Assembly (NCBI RefSeq): GCF_039654945.1
Contig: NW_027361853.1
Location: 3,782,001 to 3,846,000, forward strand
Source of the DNA: Dendrobates tinctorius
Taxonomy: Eukaryota
Direction of reading: 5' to 3'
Length of the DNA stretch: 64,000 bases
Shown here one piece after another: positions 48,506 through 60,797 of the stretch. A model generated the notes under the pieces. The model saw nothing but the letters and a program-made list of their open reading frames with translations, did not search any database and was not told where the DNA came from. How positions within the stretch are numbered: position 1 is the stretch's first letter; each line of letters opens with the position of its first letter. The translations under genes and the position numbers were made by a program.

Positions 48506-49969
48506 ACCTTTTTGGCTACAAAAAAAAAACCGGCACCCAAGGGTGACGAGGATGGTCTAATATGACCCTTCTCCAATGCCTCCTTAATATAGGATCGCAT
48601 AGCCTCGTGCTCGGGTACAGATAAATTGAAGAGCCGACCCTTGGGAAATTTACACCCCGGGCTCAGTTCAATTGCACAGTCATAACTCCTATGAGGAGGC
48701 AGAGACGCAGACTCATTCTCACTAAATACATCATAAAAGTCCGCCAAATAATCAGGAACATCATGCGACTGAGGAGAGGTGGAAAACACCGGAGCCTCAC
48801 TAAAGGCACACCGACAACCCCAACTCACCACAGACACAGATTTCCAATCCAAAACTGGATTATGAATTTGTAACCAGGGAAACCCCAGAACAATAGTATC
48901 ATGCAGATTATGCAACACCAAAAATCTATAATTTTCTTGATGGTCTGGGGCGACCCGCATTACCACCTGGGTCCAAAACTGAGGTTTATTTTTAGCCAAA
49001 GGAGTAGCATCAATCCCCCTCAAAGGGATAGGCGTCTGCAGAGGTGTCATCGGAAATCCACAACGTTTAGCAAAATCCAAGTCCATTAGGTTTAGGGCTG
49101 CTCCCGAATCCACAAAAGCCTTGGCGGAAAATGTGGACAGGGAGCAGATCAGAGTAATAGCCAGAAGAAACTTAGGTTGAACACCACCAACAGAAAACGT
49201 GTGTGCAAAGCGTTTCTCTTGTTTAGGACAGACAGAAATAATATGCGAGGCATCTCCACAGAAAAAACACAACTTATTACGCCTTCTGAACTCCTGACGC
49301 TGCTCTCTGGAAAAAACTATCACATTGCATAGGTTCAGACATTTGTTCAACAGGTGGCAACACCTCTCGTGCAGCTTTGCGTTCACGCAAACGCCGATCA
49401 ACCTGAATGGCTAATGACATAGAATCGTCAAGACCAGAGGGAACAGGAAATCCCACCACAGAATCTTTTACGGCTTCTGACAACCCCTTCCAAAAGAGAG
49501 CAGCCAAGGCATTATCATTCCAGGTAGTAAGTACTGCCCACTTTCGGAATTTTTGACAGTACAATTCTGCAGAATCACGACCCTGGTTCAATGCCAGCAG
49601 GGTATTTTCAGCCTGATCAATGGCATTAGGTTCGTCATACAACAACCCCAAGGCCTGAAAAAATGCGTTCACATTAGTCAGAATAGGATCATCTGGTTTC
49701 AAAGAAAACGCCCAATCCTGGGGATCGCCACGCAGCAAAGAGATGACAATTTTAACCTGCTGCGCGGAGCTCCCTGACGAGTTAGGCTTCAAGGCAAAAA
49801 ATAATTTACAATTATTTTTGAAATTCAAAAATTTAGACCGATCCCCAAAAAATACATCAGGTGTAGGAATCTTTGGTTCAGCAGCATGTGAATGAGCAAG
49901 GTAGGCGGAAAATCCCCGCACTTCCGCAGCGAGCTGCTCCACACGATCAGACAATTGCTTTATCTCCAT
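48496..49969 (-). pseudogene. Gypsy gag, zinc knuckle and protease, with frameshifts near 49315 and 48507
   Basis: gag 49277-49969. CFFCGDASHIISVC and VDSGA lie in ORF 48496-49401. Confidence 0.85.
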
Positions 49970-52900
49970 TGAGAGAAAAAAAAATTCCCCCTACGGCCTC
50001 AGAGATATAGAGGAAAAAATATACACAATTTTTTTTTTTTTTTTTACAATTCTTTCCTGCTATTGAGTACCCTAGGATCTGCGGTATGGCGGGTGATTCT
50101 GTTATGATTGAGTCACCGTAGGAGGCAGACACAAAAATAGAAGCTACGTCCAGAAAACCAGAGAAGTTGGCAACTATCAGATTGCAGACCCCTGAACCTA
50201 TCAACACAACTAGCAGTAGCCGTGGGGGGTTCCTACGATGCCCTAGACCCCTCGATCACAGCCGGAGCGCTAAATAGCCTAAAGACAGAAATGGAAATCT
50301 AAACTGCCCCAGAGCAGACCCCAAAGTAAAAGGCAGCCCCCAACACATAATGACGGTGAAGCAAGATGAAAGAACACTCACACAGATAGAAAGATAGGCT
50401 GAGCAAACGATGGGGCCCAAGCTAACTAAACAGAAAAGGAAAGGAAGGTTGCTGTCTGCAATCTGCCAAAACCCTATCAAAGACATAAGCTAACAAGCTG
50501 ATATGAAAAAGACCCTGAAGCAGCTAGGCTTCAAAAACTAAATCAGCACTCAGGTATTTTCAGAAGACAGAGCTAAAGGAATTCAGCACACCCCAGCAGG
50601 GAATGGCAGAAATCCAGAAAAACAAAGCAAAACAAAGTCAAAGCACCAATGCAAAAAGCCGAGCAGAAAACTTAGCTTTAGAGGAGCAGGAATTCAGACT
50701 GGTCTCCAAGGATCCCACAGAGAAATCACCCGCAGGGCAGAAGGGCGTCGGCAGACTTATATCCAGTCAGTAACTCCACTCAGCCAGTCATCATCATCAG
50801 ACTCAGGTGTTTGATAATCAGGCTCACTACCTTTCTTTACCAGAAGAGGGAGTTCCTCGGGCCTCAGTAGTGAAGGGGAAAATGAACTCACAACATTGAT
50901 CCTTCTACAATGTGACAGCCCTTTAGATATTAGTAGACAGCTATTAAGTCTCCTCTCAGTCTTCTCTTTTGCAAACTAAACATTCCTAAATCCTGCAACC
51001 TTTCCTCATAAGACAGGGTTTGCAGACCGGTCACCATTCTGGTCGCTCTTTTCTGAACTTGCTCCAGTTTGTTGATGTCTTTTTTAAAATGTGGTGCCCA
51101 AAACTGGACACAATATTCCAGATGAGGTCTGACCAAAGAGGTGTAGAGGGAAATAATGACTTCACGTGATCTAGACTGTATGCTTCTGTTAATACATCCT
51201 AGAATTGCATTTGCCTTTTTTGCTGCTGCATCACACTGCTGACTCATATTCAGTCTGTGATCTATTAGTATACCAAGTCTTTTTCACATGTGCTGTCACT
51301 TAGCCCTATTCCTCCCATTCTATATATGCTTTTTTCATTTTTATTGCCCAGATGTAGTACTTTGCATTTCTCCCTGTTAAAAACCATTCCGTTACTTGCT
51401 GCCCACTTCTCCAGTTTATTTAAATCTTTTTGAATCCTCTCTCTCTCTTCTCTAGTATTAGCTATCCCTCCTAGTTTTGTGTCATCAGCAAATTTAATCA
51501 GTTTACCCTCAATTCCTTCATCTAAATCGTTGATAAAGATGTTGAACAATACAGGGCCCAGGACAGAGCCCTGTGGTACCCCACTTGAGACATTCTTCCA
51601 ACTGGATGTGCAGCCATTTACGACCACTCTTTGGGTCCGATCACTAAGCCAGTTATGAATCCACGTAACAGTTGCCTTGTCCATTCCATACGTAGTCATT
51701 TTTTCAATAAGGATTGTATGAGAGACTTTGTCAAATGCTTTGCTGAAGTCAAGATATACTATATCCACAGCATTTCCTTGATCCACCCAATCAGTGATTC
51801 CGTCATAGAAGGAAATTAAGTTAGTCTGACATGACTTATTAGTTACAAACCTATGCTGACTCTGTTTAATCACTTCATTCTTATCCAGGTACTGACATAC
51901 ATGTTGTTTAATAATTTGTTCAAAGACCTTTCCTTGAATAGAAGTCAGACTCACCGGCCTATAGTTGCCTGGGTCCACCTTCTTCCCCTTTTCCCTTTCC
52001 ATCAAATTGACATCCAATGTCAATGCCTGATGCTCTTTCCTGTTGACCTGGAGAAGTCTTGCGATTTAATCGCAAGTCACACATGTGGTGCGTTTTCAAT
52101 GCGATTTTTAATCGCATCCATAGACTTGCATTGGCGAGTCCGATCCGAAAATTGGTGACAATCGCAGCATGCTGCGATTGTCTAGGTCCGAGGAACGGAT
52201 CCGATAAAAAAACGCATGATGGGAGCAGCAACATAGAATAACATTGGGACGAATGCAATGCGATTTTTTATCGCATTGCATTCGTCCGATTTAATCGCTA
52301 GTGTGACCCCGGCCTAAAAGTGCTATCCATTGTTTTCTTTAACCGATGTAAATTTGATCAAAGGTTTATTGGTCCATTTTTCACGTATTTGGAGACATCA
52401 GTCGTGTGAATCTACCCGTACCAGCAAAATCATCTTACAATCTGATCAGACAGTGCAAAATTAATATATGGGCCCTTCACAGTCCAATATATCATCATAA
52501 TGCACAAGTCCACCCATTTAAAGCCATCCTTTCTATAAAAAAAAAAAAATCCTAATCTGAAGACCTAAAATTAAATGCCTATGAGGATAGGGGTACTGAG
52601 CTGTTCTGATGTGCAAGTTTGGTTTTGGCATTATCGGCCGGTATAAATGACCCTTATTATGGGCAGCCATCTTTATCACATAATAAAACAGTTGTCTTTC
52701 TACTGGCTGACGAACACAAAGTGATCTATTCTCCTTTGCCTTTACTTGATGTTTTGCCCGCTTAAGGATCTCATTGAAGCCTTCTGACAGCGAATCCCCC
52801 CTCCCTTGACGGCCTTAAAAAAAATAAATTGGTCTGTTTGGTCTCTTTATGCAAGAAAACATCTCCTGATAAATATAAATCACATCTGACACTTTATTAC

Positions 52901-53051
52901 AAGGCTGTGATCAGCAGTGATACTTTTCCGCCTACACGACTACTGTGGCTCTCCATAAGAAATACCCAGCTGCACAAATCCGCTTGCGCTGCCAAGCAAC
53001 CTCACACCTACTACAATCGCTCCAGAAGACACAAAACTAGCATAAACTCAC

Positions 53052-53155
53052 CAAAGTTTTCTCCGCCCCAAATGTCCATCTGAGTATCGTACTTTCCTAA
53101 CTGGTTGAACCATGACTTGTCAATCACAAATATACCACCAGCAATTACAGGAGTC
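53052..53155 (-). CDS. GALNT16: GALNT16 coding exon (WGGEN motif)
   Basis: 104 nt, [41 protein letters not shown]. Confidence 0.97.
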
Positions 53156-53324
53156 CTGAAAAAGAAAAAAAGGCAAAAACAAGATAATTGTAGTTAGCAA
53201 GGGAGAAGCACTAGAAACATTTCATACTTTGGCCACGTTCTCACATTGGATAATCCAATGCATTTAAAAGTTCAAGAAAAGTGGAAGTTAGTTCTTGTAG
53301 ACCTAAAATAACTAATCAGTTTAA

Positions 53325-53680
53325 AGGGGTTGTACTCTATGTTACCGTAGACTTGTGAATCCTCACACCGTGCACACTGTGTGCTGTGAGGATTCTCCGA
53401 TGCTGGCGCTGGAAGCGGGTGGTCTTGTGTCCACAAATATGTAATTTGCATATTTCAGGCACATTCCAACTAGACTATGTCCGGCCTTGCTTAATACACT
53501 TGCTGTGCAAGTCTAGTTTGTTTGTGACCGTATGTATGCAAATCACATACTTGCGGTCATGCACCTGCTGCTCATGGCACCGGAGAATCTCCGCAGCGTG
53601 CAGTGTGAGCGACATGACTATTCACAAGTCTGCAGTGACAGAGTGTCTGCAGACTTGTACCCTAAGGCCGGACAACCCCT
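53325..53680. mobile_element. TTAA-target MITE (Kolobok/T2-like)
   Basis: TTAA|aggggttgt...acaacccct|TTAA with a palindromic interior. Confidence 0.8.
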
Positions 53681-54181
53681 TTAAAGAAGCTGTTTGTTTT
53701 TGATGCATTCTTAATAATGTAAAAAAAAGGCATGTAACATCACAATTTCATTTTTAAGTGCAGAATCTTGGCAATTTTTCACTAAAGATGAAAAAAGAAA
53801 AACTCATTAATGATGCAATATCAAATCCATACCAAGAGAAAAATTAAAAGCGGCATCAAAAAAGAGACGAAAACACAACAAAATGCAATAAACGTGCAGA
53901 ATAAACCGTAACTAATACACTACATGGAAACAGGCCCTAACTGAGTTATATAAGCGAATGTTAGTGTATAAATGCTTCATTGAAATAAATATGCTTACAC
54001 AGACGTAGCAAAATATATATAGAAATACTTCTATACTGTGTATTATTCCTTAACGCTGAGCAATACATGAAGTGTAACAGTGGTTGCTATGTGTAAAAAA
54101 AGCCATGAACAAATGAGAACATGAACGTCGTGATGCAGAAGTCGAAGAAACAAAAACAAAGTTATTGAGCTTACACATTAA

Positions 54182-54601
54182 AGGGAATCTGTCTGCAGGT
54201 TTTTTTATGTAATCTGAGCAGAGACCCTGATTTCAGTGATGTGTCACTTGTGCACCAGCTCGCTGTAGTTTCAATACAATCAGTGTTTAATCAGCAGGAG
54301 ATTATCAGGACAGGACTAGGTGTCCCATGCCAGGCAGTCCAGCTAATCTGGTATAACCCTGCCCCCCCACGACAGACTGAAAGCTTGTTGGCAATGCACA
54401 GTATACACAGGAAGCTGCCAATCAGTGGTGTGGGCGGGGTTATACACAGTTTAGAATTCTGAGCACTACTACATTTACAGCAGAGATGCTACCAAAACTG
54501 CACCAAGCAGTCCAGTAAGTGACATCACTGGAATCAGGTTCTCTGCCCCTACGTTATGCTGCTCTCAGATTACATGGCAACAACCTGCTGATCGATTCCC
54601 T
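54182..54601. mobile_element. TTAA-target MITE (Kolobok/T2-like); related partial copy ~41965-42310
   Basis: TTAA|agggaatc...gattccct termini. Confidence 0.7.
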
Positions 54602-54939
54602 TCAAAAGACATGCATGTTTAAAAATTAAGGTGCAGGGTTGTTTCTTTAAGGAAATCTACTCACTTTGTCATTTTCACTGCTAAATTTCCACATAGAAAA
54701 TCTGCAGTGGCAAAAACTGCATCAACTGTGCCAATATGCTAATGAGCGCAGCATAGGAGAGAGTGGGAGACTTTCAACTGAGATATAGTATCATGGAAAT
54801 GTTTTGGGCAAATATTTCAAAGCAGACTGGGGTTTCAAGGTGTGCTGTTCAAGCTATTTTGAAGCACCAAGAAATGGGCAATGTGGAGGATCGTAGGCAC
54901 CGAAGAAACTTTGTGCAGGAAATTCAACAATATGCACAA

Positions 54940-56918
54940 AAACATAACAACTTGCAAAGGAAATTGCAGATCCACTAGCCATAATCTTTGAAAAATCCTG
55001 GAAAGCAGGAAAAGTCCCAGAAGACTGGAGAAGGGCAAATGTTGTCCCTATCAACAAAAAAGGAAAGAAGATGGAGACAGGAAATAACAGGCCTGTGAGC
55101 CTTACTTCTATACCAGGAAAGATATTTGAACAAATTATTAAACAGCATGTATGCAAGTACTTGGATAAGAACACCGTAATTAACCACAGCCAGCATGGGT
55201 TTGTAGCATACAAGTCATGCCAGACTAATCTAATTTCCTTCTATGATGGAATCACTGGCTGGGTGGATCAGGGAAATGCGGTAGCTATAGTATATCTCGA
55301 CTTCAGCAAAGCAATTGATAAAGTATGTCATACTATCCTTATTGAGAAAATGACTAAGTATGGGATTGACAAGGCTATGGATAAGTGGATTCATAACTGG
55401 CTCAGTGATCATAACCAAGAGTGGTGATAAATGGTTGCACATCCAATCGGAATTGTGTTTCAAATGGGGTACCACAAGGCTCTGTCCTGGCCCCAATGTT
55501 GTTCAACACTTTTGCAAATGATCTAGATAAGGGAACTGAAGGTAAACCCATCATATTTTCAGATGATGCAAAGCTTGGAGAGATAGCTAACACTAGAGAA
55601 GACAGAGAAAGGATTCAGAAGGATCTAGATAAGCTTCAACAATGGGCAGCAACTAATACAATGGTATTTAGGGAGAAATGCAAGATTATTCATCTGGGCA
55701 AGAAAAATGAAAATTGCATCTACAGAATGGGAGGAATAGAACTAAGTAACACCACCTGTGAAAAAGACTTGGGTATACTAATAGATCACACTGGACATGA
55801 GTCAACAGTGTGATGTAGCAGCAAAAAAGGCAAACAAAGTTCTAGGATGTTTAAGAGAAGCATACAGTCTAGATCACATGAAGTAATTATCCCCCCTCTA
55901 CTCCTCCTTGGTCAGAACTCATCTGGAATACTGTGTACTGTTCTGGGCACATTTTAAAAAAGACATTGAAAAACTGGAGCAAGTTCAGAGAAGAGCTACC
56001 CGGATGGTGAGCGGACTGCAGAGTATGTCCTACGAGAAACGGTTAAAGGATCTGGGAATGTTTAGCTTGCAAAAAAGGAGACTTACTGTATTAGATGTCT
56101 ACAAATATCTGAAGGGATGTCACAGTGTAGAGGGATCATCATTATTCTCATTTGATCATAGAAACACGAGAACAAACACTAGAGCAGGTACAAAGGAGGG
56201 CAACAAAATTAATAAAGGGGATGGGGGAACTACAATACCCAGAGAGATTAGCAAAATTAGGATTATTTAGTCTAGAAAAAAGATGACTGAGGGGTGATCT
56301 AATAACCATGGATAAGTATATAAGGGGACAATACAAATATCTCTCCGAGGATCAGTTTATACCAAGGAAGGTGACGGTCACAAGGGGGCTTTCTCTGCGT
56401 CTGGAGGAGAAAAGGTTTTTCCACCAACATAGAAGAGGATTCTTTACAGTTAGGGCAGTGAGAATCTGGAATTCCCTGCCTGAGGAGGTGGTGATGGCGA
56501 ACTCAGTCGAAGGGTTCAAGAGAGGCCTGGATGTCTTCCTGGAGCGTAACAATATTGTATCTTACAGTTATTAGGTTCTTTAGAAGGACGTAGATCTGGG
56601 GATTTATTCTGACAGAATTTTATAGGCTGAACTGGATGGACTAATGTCTTTTTTCGGCCTTACTAACTATGTTACTATGTAATGGGATGAAACTGAAAGG
56701 GAGAAGATACAGATTAGATATTAGAGAAAACTTTTTGACAGTGAAGGTGATTAATGAGTGGAACAGGCTGCCACGAGAGATGCTGAGTTCTCCTTCAATG
56801 GAAGTCTTCAAACGAAGGCTGGACAGACATGTGTCTGAGATGGTTTAGTGAATCCTGCATTGAGCAGGGGGTTGGACCAGATGACCCTGGAGGTCCCTTC
56901 CAACTCTAACATTCCATG
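54940..56918 (+). mobile_element. 5'-truncated CR1 LINE (same family as 44895-51992, opposite orientation)
   Basis: RT fragments 55071-55427, 55421-55813 and 55908-56170. 3' end ggtcccttccaactctaacattccatg. Confidence 0.92.
56176..56680 (+). mobile_element. 3' fragment of a second CR1 subfamily nested in the CR1
   Basis: Repeats the ORF2 C-terminus (FFTVRAVRIWNSLPEEVV) with its own taactatgttactatgt tail. The host resumes at aatgggatgaaactg (56681). Confidence 0.8.
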
Positions 56919-57560
56919 TTAGCTTAAAATTAATGCATATTTATACCTTTTTTTCTTGATTGTATTTTTTTTAGTTGTGTTTTTAAGATTAGGAATCCTA
57001 TGATATGGAAGAGCGCTACCTGAGCGTAGCAAAATGATAAAGTCAATGATTATGTAAATTGTATATGCTCACCTGAGACGGTTGTGCAGGACAGGTACGA
57101 CAAGAAAAAAACTTTGCAGATCGTTGGGATCTTATCTGCGGTGTGCAGCTCATCTGAAGGATGTGGAGATGAAAATCTCCATGAAAATGCTCGCAAACTG
57201 AAGAAAATCAGTAAAAATAAAAATGTAGGTCTTGAAATTGATATTTTCCCAAGGAAACATTTTACTGCTGTATTTTCTGCCACAGAAATGGCAGAAATTA
57301 AGATTAAAACACAGCATTTTTGAGCTGTGTGTGAAGGCATCCTAAATGTTGTCTCGACTACAGGGAAGCCTGCCTCTTCCAACCACTCAGTAATGGACGG
57401 CACTCATCGTATACAAAGCTGGCAACATTTAATAAAATATTGAATCAAATCATAGACAATTACAAATCCCCGAGTTCACATAATGCCCCCAGGTAGTAAA
57501 GCTTAGGAGACAGATCTAATAAAAAAACATATTAATAGTTCGAACAGAAGCAGCGCTCAC

Positions 57561-57645
57561 CGTATGAAGGACGTTGGGTCTGAGCGGGACATCTTCTGTT
57601 CTATGGGAATCTGTTCCCACTTGAAATGCAGACTCCAGTCAAAAC
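57561..57645 (-). CDS. GALNT16: GALNT16 coding exon (most 5' exon in window)
   Basis: 85 nt, [36 protein letters not shown]. The symbol rests on recalled similarity to vertebrate GALNT16; GALNT14 is the closest alternative. Confidence 0.93.
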
Positions 57646-57696
57646 CTAATAAAATTGGATAAACAGCAAAACCATAAGCCGCGTGCATTAGGTTTT

Positions 57697-58054
57697 GGCC
57701 GGGGTCACACTGGCGAGGAATACGGCCGAGAGAGAGGCGCTAAAAGCACGCATTACACACGGACCAATGATTCTCTATGGGGTCACTCACACCAGCCGTA
57801 TATTTCTCATCCGTATTCTACGGTCTGTGCCAATCGCAGCATGCTGCGATTGTCAGCGTACTACGGCCGTAATACACCAATGCAAGTCTATGGGTGCGCA
57901 AAAAATACGGATTACACACGGAACACACGTGTGACCTGCGAGAAATACGCACCCGGTGTCTTTTAGCAAAGCCGGCAATTCAGTGCACTATACAGTAAAC
58001 TCACACTGACAGGTTTAATAAAGAAACGAAAGAATAGATATATACACATAGAAT

Positions 58055-58099
<45 letters not shown>

Positions 58100-58429
58100 T
58101 TCTATGTGTCTATATCTATTCTTTCATTTCTTTATTAAAACTGTCATAGGGCTCCATTATATGTCCATTTTGTAAGCCTGCGAGAAAATCTCACCATACG
58201 GATGCCATACGGATTACATACGGATGCTTACATGCGCAAAATACGCGACCAGCCGACCACACCTTGATTACGGATGACATACGGATTACATACGGATGCT
58301 GACATGCGCAAAATACACGACCACACCTTGATTACGGATGACATACGGAGCACTATTTAGGGGTCTGTCATCCGTATTACGCATGTAAAATACTGACCGT
58401 ATTTTGCGTCGGTTAGTGTGACCCCGGCC
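57697..58429. mobile_element. MITE with central (TA)n
   Basis: Perfect 15-bp TIR ggccggggtcacact / agtgtgaccccggcc. Confidence 0.8.
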
Positions 58430-58933
58430 TTTGTCTTACCTACATAGCAAGTTTATTCTCTATTGAGGCTAATGGGCAAAGTCATGGCTAAAGTCATCTT
58501 CACTATTAATTTCAACAAGGCAAAAAGACAAGAAAGTCTCTAGTAAAAAAAACCCAAAAACATTAAACCCCGGAACAAATAAGATCTGAATCCCCTCCTA
58601 CCACAAGTATAGCCCTGCAGATATACCACATTAACATTCAGTGGGTGAAATAAGTATTGAACACTTCACCAGTTTTCTAAGTAAATACACATTTAAAGGT
58701 GCTCTTGACATGAAATTTTCACCAGATGACGGTAAGGCCATGTGCGCACGTTGCGGATTTGCTTGTGGAAATTTCTGTGTGGACTCTGCTTCTCTTGGCA
58801 GATTTGTAAGCTAAATAAAGATATATTATTTTTACAAAAATAATTGTGATGTAACCTCCATGTTCAAGCTTTTCTTTTTCATTCTCCATTGAAGACCATA
58901 ATATAATTGCATACCATATTCAAATATGTTTGC

Positions 58934-59124
58934 NNNNNNNNNNNNNNNNNNNNNNNNNNNNNNNNNNNNNNNNNNNNNNNNNNNNNNNNNNNNNNNNNNN
59001 NNNNNNNNNNNNNNNNNNNNNNNNNNNNNNNNNNNNNNNNNNNNNNNNNNNNNNNNNNNNNNNNNNNNNNNNNNNNNNNNNNNNNNNNNNNNNNNNNNNN
59101 NNNNNNNNNNNNNNNNNNNNNNNN
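58934..59124. other. Assembly gap
   Basis: N run. Confidence 1.
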
Positions 59125-59153
59125 CTATAAAAATCTATATATATCTATACGTA

Positions 59154-60716
59154 CAATGAGGAGAAAAAAGTATTTAGTCAGCCACCAATTGTGCAAGTTC
59201 TCCCACTTAGAAAGATGAGATAGGCCTGTAATTCACGTCATAGGTAGACGACAACTATGTGAGTCAAAATGAGAAAACAAATCCAGAAAATCACCTTGTC
59301 TGATTTAGCAAGATTTATTTTGCAAATTATGGTGGAAAATAAGTATTTGGTCACCTAAAAACCTGCAAGATTTCTGGCTCTCACAGATCTGTAACTTCTT
59401 CTTTAAGAGGCTCCTCTGTCCTCAACTCATTACTTGTAGTAATGGCATCTGTTTGAACTTGTTCTCAGTATAAAAGACACCTGTCCACAACCTAAAACAG
59501 TCACACTCCAAACTCCACTATGGTGAAGACCAAAGAACTGTCGAAGGACAGCAGAAACAAAAGTGTAGCCCTGCACCAGGCTGTGAAGACTGAATCTGCA
59601 ATAGGCAAGCAGCTTGGTGTGATGAAATCTACTGTGGGAGCAATAATAAGAAAATGGAAGACATACAAGACCACTGATAATCTCCCTCGATCTAGGCCTC
59701 CACGCAAGATCTCATGCCGTGGGGACAAAATGATCACAAGAACGGTGAGCAAAAATCCCAGAACCACACGGGGAGAGCTAGTAAATGACCTGCATAGAGC
59801 TGGGACCACCGTAACAAAGGCTACCATCATTAACACACTATGCTGCCAGGGACTCAGATCCTGCAGTGCCAGACAGATGTGCCCCCCTGCTTAAGTCAGT
59901 ACATGTCCGGGCCTGTATGAAGTTTGCTAGAGAGCATTTGGATTAACCAGAAGAGTATTTGGAGAATGCCATATGATCTGCTGAAACCAAAGTAGAAGTG
60001 TTTGGTAGAAACAAAACTGAGACAGAATGCTGAGTTGCATCCAAAGAACACCATACCTACTGTGAAGCATGGCAACATCATGCTTTGGGGCTGTTTCTCT
60101 GCAAAGGGACCAGGACGACTAATCCGTGTACATGAAAGAATGAATGGGGCCATGTTTCGCGAGATTTTGAGAGCAAACCTCCCTCCATCAGTAAGGGCAA
60201 CGAAGATGAAACCTGGATGGGTCTTTCAGCATGATAATGATCCCAAGCACACCGCCAGGCCAATGAATTTGTGGCTTCATAAGAAGCATATGAAGGTCCT
60301 ACAGTGGCCTAGCCAGTCTCCAGATCTCAACCCCATTGAAAGCCTTTGGAAGGATCTGAAAGTCCGTGTTGCCCAGCGACAGGCCCAAAACATCACTGCT
60401 CTAGAGGAGATCTGCATAGAGGAATGAGCCAACATTCCACCAACAGTGTGCACCAACCTTGTGAAGACTTACAGAAAACGTTTGACCTCTGTCATTGCTA
60501 ACAAAGGATATATAACAAAATATTGAGATTAATTTTTGTTAATGACCAAATACTTATTTTCCACCATAATTTGCAAAATAAATCTTGCCAAATCATACAA
60601 GGTAATTTTCTGGATTTGCTTTCTCATTTGACTCTCATAGTTTTGGTCTACCTATGATGTCAATTACAGGCCTCTCACATCTTTTTAAGTAGGAGAACTT
60701 GCACAATTGGTGGCTC
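59154..60716 (+). mobile_element. Tc1-like transposon (second family), decayed
   Basis: [10 protein letters not shown]... HTH (59520-59894) and [10 protein letters not shown]...[15 protein letters not shown] (60002-60427). ~200-bp TIRs. Confidence 0.92.
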
Positions 60717-60735
60717 ACCATACATACATAATGCA

Positions 60736-60795
<60 letters not shown>

Positions 60796-60797
<2 letters not shown>

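Larger units (their letters stand above)
45122..50895 (-). mobile_element. Full-length Gypsy LTR retrotransposon (chromovirus, Tf1/sushi-like)
   Basis: 796-bp TG...CA LTRs at 45122-45917 and 50100-50895. TTGATC direct repeat at 45116-45121 and 50896-50901. PPT at about 45918-45933. Domain order gag-PR-RT-RH-IN-chromodomain. Confidence 0.97.
44895..51992 (-). mobile_element. 5'-truncated CR1 LINE, split by the Gypsy element
   Basis: RT ORFs 51265-52023 and 50930-51247 (NYRPVSLTS, YLDFSKAFD, GVPQGSVLGP, FADDTK). (ATTCTATG)n-type 3' tail at about 44893-44917. Confidence 0.92.
44760..52314. mobile_element. MITE split by the CR1/Gypsy insertion (halves 44760-44894 and ~52005-52314)
   Basis: TAA TSD (44757-44759, 52315-52317). 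The halves join to match 39345-39791. Confidence 0.85.

Noticed and set aside
49305-49320. U UUU UUC slippery heptamer at the gag/zinc-knuckle frame break
   Set aside because: Reaching the downstream frame (SREQRQEF) needs a +1/-2 shift, not -1, so a mutation or sequencing indel is more likely.
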